Source: Vermamoeba vermiformis (Eukaryota). From it: 64,000 nt of DNA. Every line of letters starts with the position of its first letter. Position 1 is the first letter of the stretch. Below, one piece after another: positions 44,221 to 57,343 of this stretch. The notes below the pieces were generated by a model. That model was not told the origin of the DNA. It saw nothing but the letters and a program-made list of their open reading frames with translations, and ran no database searches. The position numbers and the translations under genes are program-made. The stretch lies in assembly GCA_045837725.1 (NCBI GenBank), contig JBEWZL010000126.1, forward strand, positions 310,001-374,000, written 5' to 3'.

Positions 44221-45044
44221 TTACAAGGTCATCAATGCGACACCAAGCAAAAACACGGATCCGATCAAACCCGACGCACCACTAGTGGTGGATTTTTTGA
44301 TGGGCGTGGCACTAGGCTGAGTTGGTGCTACGGGGGCAGCAATAGGGGCAGTTATAGGAGCAGTGGTTGGTGAATTGGCTAAAGGTGCGGATGCAGGAGC
44401 TGCACTTGGTCCAGCAACAGGAGCCGCGGCCGGCGTAGTATAAGGAACGCAATTATATTGTTTTCCAACACCAATAGATTCGCCCAACGCTGTGCACGTC
44501 GAACCCACGGATTCGCTGCCCTGCATGGATCCCGGCGTGCAAGATGCGTCAACGTGTGTGCTTAGTGTGAAATTGTTATTTACGCAACTCGCAAATTTGT
44601 AAGCGAGAATACCACCGGTGTTATCGTAAACGAAGCATGTGTCGGGCAAACCTAAAAAATTTGTAATTTAAAAACCGTTAAAATAAAAAAAATTCAAAAT
44701 ATTTACCTCCTATATAGCTACTAATTGCGGCGCAATCAGTAGTAGTATAGACGGCAGCGACAATGTAACCGTCATAATTAGGAATTGTGCTGGTTGCGCA
44801 ATCCTCTTTTTTCCAAAATCCAGCGCCGAGTGATGTACAAGGAGAGTCGATCTTACAAAGTTTGTTCTAAGGAACATTAGTCACCAAATTATTTAATGAG
44901 GACACTTACCGAGTCAGGTTCGTAATTGAAGCCGATGTACTCTCCATCGCAGGCCGAGGTATTGAAGATCAGTCTGGTCCATGGACCTGCCTCAACATGG
45001 CTAAAGTAAGCAAGGAATAACGCTATGATAAGAAGTAATTTCAT
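44221..45044 (-). CDS. Cys-rich GPI-anchored surface protein, copy A
   Basis: 3 exons; signal peptide, PDTCFV..YKFASC, P/A/T stalk, hydrophobic tail. Confidence 0.85.
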
Positions 45045-45724
45045 TTGTGCTATTATTTTATCAGTAAACGATGAAAGTGGTCCCGGGACTTACCGGCAAA
45101 AAAAATCTGCCGATAAACTTTTGCAAAGACTCTCAGTGATCCGCATCTGTGTGGAGTATCAACGTCTTAGTGGTTGTAATTATCTTTATTAAAATTAAAG
45201 AATACAAGGCTTGGCTTCGTGTTACGGCTATTTACATATTACTGTAAGATGTTCTAGATCATTCTATATATCATTACTTATAACTTGACATGTCGTATTG
45301 CTATTGGTTTATTGTTTGATGTTGTTTGAAGGGTCATCATCGTGGAGTTTTCACCGAAATTTCCGCAATGACTAACCGTTTGTAGCAGGATGTTGAGGCA
45401 ATCAATTGCATTACAAACAGGATAATTCTGGCGTAGCATAGGACACCGATCGTAATCCCAGCTCAAAGGGTACTGCAGTAACAACTTGTACTACTACTAT
45501 TGCGTAGTTAAAAGTACGTGCGTGGTCTAACTTGGAACAGAAAGGCAAGGGTTCAAAAATCTGCGTCGTTATTCGTACGATTTCGCTGTTTTACTTTAAA
45601 TAAAAGCTGTAGCACTACAAACCAGAAATAATTCTGACCGTTAAATCCGCGTTGTTTGATTTTGATAAAGTGAGTCTATTTTAAAATCCATTTACTCTCT
45701 TATATTCCAATCGTAGCGCAAATT

Positions 45725-46561
45725 TTAGAAGGCCATCAATGCAACACCAAGCAAAAAAGTGGATCCGATCGCACTCGACGCACCACTAGTGGTGGATTTT
45801 TTGACAGGTGATGCAACAGGCTGAGTTGATGCTACGGGGGCAGCAATAGGAGGAATAATAGGGGCAGTTATAGGAGCAGTGGTTGGTGAATTGGCTAAAG
45901 GCGCGGATGCAGGAGCGGCACCTGGTCCAGCAACAGGAGTAGCAGCCACTGGCGTATTAGGAACGCAATTATATGTCTTTCCATAACTATTTGTGTCACC
46001 CAGCATGGCGCACGTCGAAACTACAGACTCGCTCAGCTCCAGCGATGCCGGAGTGCAAGATGCGTCCGAGTGTGTGCTTAGTGAGAAAGCATTGTTTACG
46101 CAACTCGCAAATTTGTATGCGAGAATACCAACACGGTTATCGTAAACGAAGCACGTGTCGGGCAAACCTAAAAAATTTGTAATTTTAAAACTTAAAAACT
46201 TAAAAATAAATAATTAATATTACCTCCAAAATAACTACTGACTGTATTGCAAGCACTTGAAGTATATATGGTAACCACAATGTAACCGTCATAATTAGGA
46301 ATTGTGCTGGTTGAGCAATCCTCTTTTTTCCAAAATCCAGCGCCGAGTTATGTACAAGGAGAGCCGATGTCACAAAGTTGGTTCTAATGAGTATTAGTCA
46401 CTTAAATAAATAATACACATTCTTACCGAGTCAGGATCGTAATTGAAGCCGATGTACTCGCCATCGCAGTTCGAGTTGTTGAAGATCAGCCTGGTCCATG
46501 GACCTGCCTCAACGTGGCTAACGTAAGCAAGAAACAACGCTATAATAAGAAGCAATTTCAT
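45725..46561 (-). pseudogene. Tandem paralog (copy B) with a premature TAA at 46348-46350
   Basis: Closely similar to copy A; TGT ACA TAA CTC here vs TGT ACA TCA CTC in copy A. Confidence 0.7.
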
Positions 46562-47062
46562 TTGTGCTGCTCGAAGGTGAATCATAAACGTAAACAATAA
46601 TTTTTGGATATTGCTGCAGGACAGCTAATTCCGTTGGTATTACGCTGGTTCATTAATATGATTCTAAATATAGGCGAGCTATTATTTTCAAGCTTGGTCT
46701 CTTTCTTAATCAGTAGTAACGGAGAAGCATCCGAGCTTTTAATTACTTATTTTCGAAAAGCTAATAGTATAGCTTACCTTATATTATTGTGGCCCTAAGA
46801 CTATTAGTTTATTATAATATTTGTATTTTCTAAACCACACTGACCTCACACTCGATCGCTGGATGAAATGAAAATAATCACTTGCCGCCAAACTTGCCAT
46901 TTCAAATTCAAACGTGTTAGAGGATGCCAATTAATTACGTGCACATTGGGTGGTCATTGCTATCAATTCAACAGTCAATTGATTTTGAAAATAGCGTGAA
47001 AACAGGGATAAAAAATCTTCGGTGGAAAAGTCCATTTATTGTTCAATTTGTAATTATATACA

Positions 47063-48760
47063 ATGCGCCACCTTATATATATTAGCCTGTGTATTTATTT
47101 TGTATCTTTGGTCTCCGCTCAGCCCGAGAGTGCGAGTATGTGCTCGCATCTCGTTGCCAAGGACGGATCCGTTTATGATTTGACAGTTTTAGTCGAAAAA
47201 GGGTATGCATTTAGTATAACTATATACGCTATTTGTCCATCATGCTTTCTGTTGAGTTTGAACATTTACCGAATCTGACGGCTGACACCCAGAAAATTAA
47301 TTACGCTCTGAAATTATGTGCACCTATTTTTAAATAGTGTATTAATATTATTCATAATATTAATTAAATTAATACTTCGATCTGAAAGCAGATCACAATT
47401 TTCGATTTTGCGAACTAGCGTTACTAATATCGTTTCAATTATATAGAGCCCATACTGTTAAGGGTTACGATTCGGGCATCGAAGAGGTAATTATTCATGA
47501 TTATTTATGGCATATTGAATGACTTTTACGATTTTGACCGGTGTGGATCTGCTCAACGCTCAATAGCTTTGCCCTTAATAATTATACTCTCTAATATAAT
47601 CACGCTAAATTAATGCTTTGATATTAGTATTTCGATTTTTCGTTCGCCGTTTGCTCCAACTTGCCCAAAGGATGCGGTGGCGACGGAGATCCACTTTGCG
47701 CGAAGGGTAAGTGCTTTAACATCATATAATATGCTCTAATATCCATTGAACGTTATAAAATACGCAGTACCCTCATCATAAGCTAATTTACAATCTTTTC
47801 GAAATTTCGTTACAATGCGATCTCGAGCTGATCTTCGATTATTTTATTTCAGACGGCTCAGCAGGCACGTGTATGTGCTTTGAACCATGCCAAGACTGGG
47901 ACGAGTGGTGCTACGGTACTTTTTCATTCGTTCCTAACGTTCAACCATTGGACGACGGTAAAGGCGTCTTGATTAACTACAATAAGGCTGGAACTCTTGG
48001 TACTAGGTGCGTATATATGTCAATACATACTATTTATCTCAGTCATATATTATTTTCCTCGTAACTAATAACCGGATCTACCTTCAGATTGCATTTGTTG
48101 TGCGATTACAACTTTGCGGGATTAGACCAAGCCAATATTACTAAGGCAAGTCCTATTATACCATATTACTTATATGAACATTTAATAACCTATGCACATA
48201 ATTATAGGACACTAGTACTGCCACTTTCGACGTTGTTGTTTTGACGGATGCGGCTTGTCCGATCGGCGGTGGAGGACTTTCTGGCGGCACTATTTTCTTA
48301 TTAATGTAAGTATAGAACTAATATTATGCGATAATCCATCCATATTTATTCGATAGAAAGCACTCCAATGTGCATTTTGTAACGCGTGTCGGATGACAGA
48401 TCCGCAGTTATTTTTCTCAGAATTATGGTGTTACTTTAAACTTACTATGTTATTTTTATAGTGTGCTTGTCATCTGCATCTTATATTTAGTGGTTGGTAT
48501 TATGATCAACAAGTTCTCACGCATGAAGAATGGTCGCGAAGTGGTGCCTAACGTCGAATTCTGGGTCTCATTGCCCGGTCTTGTAGCGGTAAGTACTTCA
48601 TTAAGCCGTATTATAATACATTATTAAATACATATTTATCCTTATTCGAGCGATTATATGGTGATCTAATCGCTCTTATGTAATGTAGGACGGTGCTAAA
48701 TTCTCCGTGTACAAAATCACTGGTCGCGCATCGCGCAGCAGTTATTCAACCGTGGAATAG
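47063..48760 (+). CDS. ATG27 / cation-dependent mannose-6-phosphate receptor family
   Basis: Signal peptide, YDLT..FAVC MRH pattern, ACP..GLSGGTIFLLI, GREVVPNVEFWVSLPGLVADG, YSTV tail. Confidence 0.88.
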
Positions 48761-49037
48761 AATAATAAACTCCGACAATTTTATTTATGAAAACTCGATA
48801 CGAGATAGTGGTCTAGTTCTGATTGTCGGTTAAGGTACGTGCAAAATTTACTTCTTCTTACTAATATACCTATTCAATGAAATTAATGCAATTACACTGT
48901 AATTGATCTCATACGCGAGATTTCGCAGAAAAAAATCGCAGTAGCACACCGGAAACGGATCCAGGTTGCATAGTTGGATCTCAATTTTTGCAAGTAAGAA
49001 GTTAATGAACAGTACTTTATTTAATACACAAAGTCAT

Positions 49038-49796
49038 TCAAAGCTTTGTCTCGAGTCTTTGCAACAATTTAGCGTACTCGGGGAATAATTTGTTGGTCAT
49101 CATTCTGGCAAACTTAACGAGGTTAGGTTTGTTCAAGATCTGCTGACTAACGAAGGGATTCGAATAGGTTTGAAGAGCATTAGCAATGAAAGCGTATACT
49201 ATAATATCGATTTCAGTAGGCTGCTCGGTTCGATGAAAGTAATTTTCGCCGTGGATGTACTTTTCTTCGAGATCTTCAAAAGCTCTCGTAATAATAGCTT
49301 CTACTTCTTCTTTCGAGTGCCGACCGACTCCTTGGTACCATAATGCTGTTTTGGCTCTTCTTCGAAAATACCACGAGACGATTGGGCGGATCAACCACGG
49401 AATTGCTCCGAAGGCTTCTTTGCTAATTATAGCGTAGTTCTCTTCGTTAAACCAACGTTCGTATACGATGCACGGGTAGAGCAGCTCTTCAATGTAGGTC
49501 TGGTACGAGCGAGAATCAGCCAATTGGGTGCGCGTTAAAGTTCGATCGAGATCTGGCGACAAACCAGACTGGATCAGATAACGCAAAATGAAGTGCGAAT
49601 CTGATAATACGTGATTATTGACGGTAATGTACGGCACTTTGCCTTTAGGAGCTTTGTTCGGGTAAGTCTCTCGAAGTTCGTAAGGAGTGGATGTAGCTCG
49701 CAAGAAAGTCTCTACTTTTTGACAATAACCGGACGCGCTTGGCTCATCCGTCGGTTTAGGTAGTCCATATAATAATACTATGTCTTTTTGAGCCAT
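49038..49796 (-). CDS. FAX/metaxin-like glutathione S-transferase (intronless)
   Basis: PSASGYCQKVETFLR, PKGKVPYI, DSHFILRYL, QGVGRHS. Confidence 0.88.
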   Translation of the reverse strand: MAQKDIVLLYGLPKPTDEPSASGYCQKVETFLRATSTPYELRETYPNKAPKGKVPYITVNNHVLSDSHFILRYLIQSGLSPDLDRTLTRTQLADSRSYQTYIEELLYPCIVYERWFNEENYAIISKEAFGAIPWLIRPIVSWYFRRRAKTALWYQGVGRHSKEEVEAIITRAFEDLEEKYIHGENYFHRTEQPTEIDIIVYAFIANALQTYSNPFVSQQILNKPNLVKFARMMTNKLFPEYAKLLQRLETKL

Positions 49797-50472
49797 TGTG
49801 GTGCCTGCCAGTCTATTGAGATCATGAACTCATTAAGATTTTTCTACTTAAGGGCAGGCGCCAATAGTTAGTCATACTGCAGGTGATATGTCCTAATCGA
49901 AAGGACAGAGATCTGTTTTCTCCGTTTCTCCTGGACAGAACGTTCGGGACCTTTCGCGACAGTGCCACGGAGTTACAATTGTTACGTTGACTGCATGACC
50001 TCATACTGAGGTGAATTCACATTGGTTATGTTATACTTACTACGGTGATGGACTAATTACACATATCTGAGGGTAAGACAGACGACAAAATACTTTCCTG
50101 GCTGACTCTAAACCGATCCGTTGGTAAATGACACCCTCTTCAATTATTAATTCGCTAATTACAACAAAATCGACTATAAAATCCATTCTTATTTTCTAAG
50201 CGCCTCCTAGACTTGTCACCAAGGTGCACGACCAAATTTATTGCGTGCCTTTGTTTGATTTTTTTTTACGCGTAAAACTAGACACGTCCTCAAATGTTTC
50301 ATTAATCTGTAAAAAAGCACAGGTAACTAGTTACCATATTAATGTTTGGAAAAATATACAGCTATTAATTGCTATTCGCTTTTGTTACAAAATGAAATAA
50401 TAATTATTTAATTTTAAATTACTACTAGCGAGGATTGTCCTTTAATTGTGGTTAATATTGCTAAAATCTATA

Positions 50473-51945
50473 ATGGAATATTATTCCTTGCCTAATGAAA
50501 ATTGGTGCTGCATTCTACGGCACTTGATAAACACATCCGCTAAAGATGCCATAAAATCAAAGCTGGTGTGCCGTCTATTCTTTAAAGAAATTGACAAAAT
50601 CGCCTTCGGTGGCATAAAGATATCTAATAGTACGTATATTTAGACTTTAATCGAATTGAAGCAGATCTGGTAATGACGTGGCAATACTAATCCTATTATC
50701 AGATGTCCTAGCCTATTTTCGGACTAGCAAAAACTTGCGTAATATCGAAAGAGTCCTTTTACAAGCTAAGTAAGTTAAAATCGCATCGTCAAACTAGATC
50801 CAAAATAATAATGACCTTTTTTTCAGAAAAGATCCATCAATTCTCGACTCCCGGGATAATTTTCCACAAACTGCTGCACTAAATATCAGAGCTATGATAA
50901 TCGGTGGCGAACGCGTTGGAAAAACAACGTTTCTGTTGAGTTACGTGGTATGTTCAAACTCGGATGCGCTTTAATTGACATAACTGACTTTAATTATATA
51001 GCATGAGCGATATACACAAAGAGATAGGCATCCTTCAGATATGGTACGGCTCATATTGATTCAGTTCGTTAATTAATTTGCTACATCCGTACAGCTTATG
51101 AAAACTAGCCACGTAACATTTAAAGACCATCCTTTCGCAGCAAGATTTTCAATGGTAAATATACGATGTTTCTATATTATAGCAGCACCTTAATTAATTT
51201 GTTTTTCAGATCGATGCCCTCGACGTAAGTAACGGATGCGATTTAAAATTTATTTCAAAATGATTACATTTGAACAATATTATACTCAATAGAGCGAAAG
51301 GTTCCATTCGATCGAATCTATGTATTATAGAAACGCCAATGTCGTCATGTTGTTTTTTAGCTTGGACGATCCGAATAGTTTAGCGGATCTATTGCAACGA
51401 TGGCTTGGAGAGTGTTACAATAATAGAGATAAGATGGATGATGGTGTATATTATTGTATTGTGGGGCTAAAATCTGAATTAGCGGAGCCAAATAGTCCTC
51501 TAAGCCGCCAAGCTAAAGTACGTCACATCCAGATCTTGTTCCATTAATTCAAGTTCGAAATTGATTATACCAACATTATTTATATACAGCTACTAGCATA
51601 TGATTTGAATATGAGCTATTTTGAAGCCTCATCAGCAGAGAACCAAAACGTCGTACAGACGATGAACGAAATTCATTTGAATTACCGCGCTCTATCAGCG
51701 TAAGAACTATACGGATCATTAATATAATAATATGTATAGTATACTGACCTAGTTATGACATCAGTGAGCGCAATAGAATGCAAAAGTTAGGGATGCAGCG
51801 TACTATTGAAGCCAAAGCCAACAACCTGTCTGCCTTTTACTGGAAATTCTGGTCAATATTTTCATTCGAATCGACACGCAGCACTATGTTCCGTGTTATT
51901 GCAGTACTTGCAATCATTGTAGCTCTTTTTTTGTTTTCTCATTAA
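50473..51945 (+). CDS. F-box + degenerate small GTPase fusion with a C-terminal TM anchor
   Basis: LPNENWCCILRHL..KLVCRLF; GGERVGKT, IDALDSERF, YYRNANVV, GLKSEL, YFEASS; ends VIAVLAIIVALFLFSH*. All 9 exons join in frame. Confidence 0.8.
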
Positions 51946-52282
51946 ACAAGTGATAGTTCCTAGGCCTGTCTCCGAACCTCCAATTGTTTAATAAGTTATT
52001 TTTCGTTCCAACGGAATCGCAAGTTACGGAAAATAACCAGATCCAAATCGGATTATGAGTGCCTTACTAAAAAGGCAGAGTACTTGATAGAGTGAAATTA
52101 GTAGGCATCTTGCGGAGTACTTATTGTAACAAAGGTACTGTAGGAGTGACAGATTGCTTACTCTACGTCGACAAGTGTCTAAGTGTCACCAAACAAAGTC
52201 ACGTGATTTTTCAGCTGACATCAGCATGAAAAGTCGGTTCGTTTTGGTTTTATACATATTACTTGCGCAAGAAACCACATAA

Positions 52283-52852
52283 ATGACTACGTCTGTTGAT
52301 CAATTAGATTGTATTATAGTCCTTGGTGGGCTGATCTATCAAAAAACGGATGGAAGTTTTGAACCAATTCCCAAACCAGCTAGCAGGCCAATAGCAGCAG
52401 CAGAAATTTATAAGAAAAATCCAAAATTAAAATTTGTGGTTAGCGGAGGATATAATGTAGGACTACGATACACATTAGAAGGAGAATTAATTCCTCAAGT
52501 GGATTTCGATCTCAAAAAATTCGCTCAAGCCCGTCAAATCGGACCATCAGAAGCCTCAGCATTCAGAAAGATCATGGTTAATCGTGGAATCCCATCCGAT
52601 GCTATTTATCTCGAAGAGATGTCCGCAACGACGATTGAAAACGCCAGATTCTGTTACGCGATATTCAGTAGGACCAATTTCATTACAAAAGACAATAATA
52701 GACTAAATATAGGTTTATTGACTAATAATGATCATCTTGAACGAGCTATGACTATTTTTACGAAAGAATTTTCTAACCTGAATTTGGATCTGCATCCGAT
52801 CGCAGCTGAAGATTGGATCTCCGATTCAAATACCTCTAATATCTCTCAATAA
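52283..52852 (+). CDS. DUF218 (YdcF/SanA-like) protein, intronless
   Basis: DCIIVLGG, VVSGG, SEA, LEEMSATTIENA, LLTNNDHLERA. Confidence 0.85.
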   Translation: MTTSVDQLDCIIVLGGLIYQKTDGSFEPIPKPASRPIAAAEIYKKNPKLKFVVSGGYNVGLRYTLEGELIPQVDFDLKKFAQARQIGPSEASAFRKIMVNRGIPSDAIYLEEMSATTIENARFCYAIFSRTNFITKDNNRLNIGLLTNNDHLERAMTIFTKEFSNLNLDLHPIAAEDWISDSNTSNISQ

Positions 52853-52955
52853 ATCAATACATTAATTAGTTATAACATTATGATTAAATTTATTAACAAA
52901 ACTGGTTTCTTTGAACTTTGGTTCGGCTTATATTAATTCGCATTTTAATTTTAAT

Positions 52956-53948
52956 TTAAACTGGCAATTTTCCTTTGTTGATAATACGATCCACGCCCTA
53001 TTTATATAATAGCGAATTAATACAAATTATTTCAAATATTTTTGGTAGTTGTAACGAGCAAGATCTCGAATGTACGATTGTATAGCCATTTTTAATTATA
53101 ATACATGACATATTAGTTATATTTCTGTACTTACAGAGCGAATTACAGGCAAATTAAGGAAAAATCCAATGACGGGCATTCTACGCATAAAAGCCAAAGC
53201 GATAGGAATGAAATCGCTAGAATAGTAATACATTAATATGAATCTATTATATAAGTCCTTATTATATCATATTAAATCAAGTCAAAGCTAATTCAACGTT
53301 TAACTGAAAAGCTTTTGCTGGATCGAAAAATATCTTCGTATTTAAACGAGTAAAATAGCGATTATTTTAATAATATTAATTTTTGCTATATTGTTATAAT
53401 ATATATTTGCATATATAAGGCTTATCAGGCTTACCCGAACAGATTCATAAAGCCAAAAATTTCAATGGGAAGTCCGATGAAAACCCAACCGAATAGTACC
53501 ATCAATATTCCTCCAAAAAATAATACACCGCCTAATATTTTCTTTCTATTCCAAAAGAATGTCATGGCTTTCTTAAATCCAATAATAAAACCCAAACCGA
53601 TCAGAAAAGCAAGCTGAAAAATAATACAAAAATTAGTATAATATTTATAGCATAATGATGGTAATTAATAGGGCATATTTAATAATTTATTATTAATTAC
53701 TCAATAAAATACGAAAATTTTCGACGTAACGGAAAAATTGCAAAATAGATGCTGGCTTACATTACCAATGGCAATCAAACCTCGATCAAATAACAATATA
53801 ACACCCAATACTATAAACAAAAAGCCAAATCCTGACAGGAAGGCGCCGATCTCTATTAGTAAGACAGCGGATTAGTCATCCATCAAAAAGCAGTTTTACT
53901 GAAGCCAGATCTGCACTTCAAATACGTACTTCGCCTATCATCGAACAT
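52956..53948 (-). CDS. GOT1: Got1/GOLT1 vesicle transport protein
   Basis: 5 exons: KIGAFLSGFG..LFDRGLIAIGN..EIFGFMNLFGDFIP..RRMPVIG..LPV*. Confidence 0.92.
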
Positions 53949-54185
53949 TGTTGTGTGGTGCGTACTATGTAATATTAAATTAAACTTGTTAGACGTCGGT
54001 TTTTTTTGCCTTGTCGACGTTGCGGGAAAATTCAGACAAAATTTGAACTTACGTCGATCAACATGCAGTACTTGACTTAAGATAATATATTTTTTTTAAG
54101 GTATGAATGATTGAAACGGTGTTAACGGAGTAACTGTTTAAGGCAAAAAAAATAAAAAATGAATTAATTTGTTTGATCCACAAAA

Positions 54186-55011
54186 ATGAACACCTCAACT
54201 CGCTTCCTGATTAATCTCACCCTTGCGGTGCTATGTATAACATCGATCGTCTATGCGCAACACCCCTACACGTTGCAGTTCTTCACTTCGTCGGATTGCA
54301 GCGAGGAATCCAGAATTGCGTATTATTACATGCCTGACACTGCTGTAAGTGTCAAGAAAATCATATGTATAATGGGATTACTAAGGAATTACCTAATTAG
54401 CGTCCTTGTCAAAACGTCGGTTGCTTTGAGATCGTTGCGGGCTCAGCATACGGCACTGAAAACTGCACTGCGCGTGACGCAACCCCTAAGGATGGTTGGG
54501 CAGTAGCTGTCTATAGCTTAGTGGATACTTGTGAGACCACCCAAATCGAATACGGAGGTAATAATAAATTATTGAAATTTTTTAAATTTTTTCAGTTTAA
54601 TTTTCTAATTTTTGCTTTTAATTGACAGCTCAACCCGATACTTGCTTCGTAGCCAGCGGAATCCCTACGAACCCCTACTCGTACAAGTTATCGAGCTGCA
54701 TTAACGACACGATCTTCCTTGGTAACTACCCCGACACTACTTGCACCTCCAAGCCCACTCTGATTGCAGTAAATACTACTGCTACATGCACTAGCGTGTC
54801 TGGCGGTTATTACAAGTATCTAAGTTGCCCTGCACTCCCTGTTCCAGTTGCTGAACCGATCGGGCAAACTCCGGAAAGTGCACCAGGCACTGGTTCTCAA
54901 TCGCCTGTAGCCAGTCCTACTAAGAAGAGTTCAACTGGCGTTAATTTGAAGCTTGATCACGTTTCAGCAGTCGGATCTTTGATCTTGATCGCGCAATTGT
55001 TCCTTGCTTGA
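54186..55011 (+). CDS. Cys-rich GPI-anchored surface protein, divergent copy C
   Basis: Same 3-exon plan and PDTCFV..YKLSSC motif as 44221-46561. Confidence 0.8.
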
Positions 55012-55755
55012 AGTATATAAACTTGAACCTAATATTGAATATTTGATTTGTCTTGTACCAAAGTTAATAATCATTCGTCGGAGAAGGTCTCCTCGCCACC
55101 GAATCATGATTTCCTTTTTAGGTAATAATTTTTGTAACGGTTAATGTTTTTAACGCCAACACCGCGAATGAAGACTGCAATTACGCTTGTCTTACTTAGG
55201 CCGTACTTGATTGGCGCTTAAATTGTCTTTTACTTACCGGTGCTCTAGTTTGCTCCAGAGCGGGCGCTAGGCGCCAAATATCCCGTGCTTTGACGGTCGT
55301 TCGCCCCGTTACTTGCGCATCTAACACGTGCCACCCATTAGTCACTTGTCCTGTCAGCGGACCCAGTCCTAGTCTCCACTATGCACCACAACCCCTGTTA
55401 AAAAAAGCACGATAGCTGTTGATTTTCCTCCATCGTTGCTACTTTGGCTCCTCAGATATGTCTATCCTTGTTCTGACCCAATAAAGAAGAGTTCATGTGA
55501 GCAATTCAAATGTCTTATTGCAGTAGCGAGTAAAAACCTCTTTACTAATGATCTGCAGGTAAACGATGCTTTTGTTCTTGTTGCAAATTGGTGACATGTC
55601 GTGGTAATCGTGCTGCGTAACGCGTTCCTTTCCAAGTAGCTACTAAAGAACTCAGTTAATTCTCGAATGTACTCGAAGAGTTATTCATATCAGTAGGAAA
55701 CGGACACTCACTGATTCTGTGCGATCTGTCACCGTTAAATCTTTAAATACAGTAG

Positions 55756-57343
55756 CTATTCCGAGAACTTTCTGGCCTTGTCTTTATATTTCTTAGCCTC
55801 TTCTTCTCTTCCTAACTTCATCAGCATATTAGCAGCTTCTCGGTAAGCACTGCCTGCGAACGGATTCAAATCGATGACAATTTTGAATGATTCGAGTGCT
55901 TCTTGGTACCGTTCTAATTCGCTTAATAGTACCCCTTTGTTATGATGTGCCTCTGTCTATATTATAATCAATCTCCAATGCGCTGTCATAGCACTCGATC
56001 GCCTTTTCGAGATCTTGCATCGCAATGTAACAACTAGCCATTCGAATTATTGTTCCAACATCATTGAGATCGATTTCCAAATGCATTTTAAACTCTTCAA
56101 TAGCCTCGTTGAATCTCTGCAATCTCGCCAAAACCATCGCTTTTGTCGCATGCGCAAACTGGTGATCCGGTTTGAGTTCAATAGTCTTTGAAAAACACTT
56201 CAATGCTCCTTCTAAATCTTTTTGGCGTTGTAATAGCAATCCTTTGTTATAATAAGATTCTGGGAACTCTGGATCTACTTCAATCGCTTGATTGTACCAA
56301 TACATTGCTCCGCCGAAATCTCCGAGATCTTTCAAAACATTCGCGCAATTAGTATACGCGCCCATCAAGTGTGGATCTGCTCTGATTGCTTCACACGATG
56401 CTTTAACAGCTGCTTCTAATCGACCTAGTGAGATCAGGGCCAAGCTCATATTGTTATAGGCCTCGGCGTAGTTTGGATTGATATCAACGGCTCTGTTGTA
56501 ACATTCAATAGCTTGTTGTACATGTCCTTCATCTTCTAATAGCATGCCTTTGTTATAATGGCACATTGCGTCGTTGGGTTCAATCGATAAAGCCTTGTCG
56601 TACTGTTCTAAAGCTTCTTTAGGCATATCTAAGTCACTATATGCTAGTCCTTTGTTAAAATATGCTACGTGGCAATTTGGATTGATTTCTATCGCTTTTT
56701 CGAAGAATTTAAAGGACGAAGTAAGAGCTGTGCCACGATCCAATACTGCCTTTCCTTGTAAAATATATGTAATTCCACAATTAGGATTGATCTTCAATGC
56801 CTTAGAGCAATAGTCGTATGCCACGTCATCATTCTTCAAATCAAATTCGATCTTCGCTTTGATATGCCAAAAGTATTCGTTGGTCGGATCTGACTCGATC
56901 ATCGCTTGAGTGAATTGAATCATCGTATGGGACGTAGTATTAGCATCATATAAGAGTATATGTTGCAACAATTTGATCCATTCTATCTGCGGAGTGTCTT
57001 TGTTGGCGTCCATCAAATCCGTCAATTCATGAATGAGATCCAGGTTGTCAACATCTTCATCCGATGCGCGCCTAATTATCATTAATATCTCCTCTTCGAT
57101 AGATTCACCGGTAGTGATGCGATTGTACAGATCTGCTGCAAGTTGAGGCCATCTAAAACTTTGATCGAAAAAAACGGAGTCGTAGAACAATACGATGCCA
57201 AAAATAGATAGCTTCTCATTTAGTAATCGTGTCAATATATTGCGGCAGTTGATTAGATCGCCTTGTAGTCTTAATTGAAATGCTTGCTCGTATTCTCCTT
57301 CGAGTGCTTGTCTGCCGCGCAATTTTGTGCCTTGATCCGACAT
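55756..57343 (-). CDS. Intronless TPR-repeat protein (+1 break at ~55957)
   Basis: Multiple TPRs (AYFNKG, HYNKG, YYNKG). The TPR pattern continues after the shift as TEAHHNKGVLLSELERYQEALESF..KFSE*. Confidence 0.85.
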
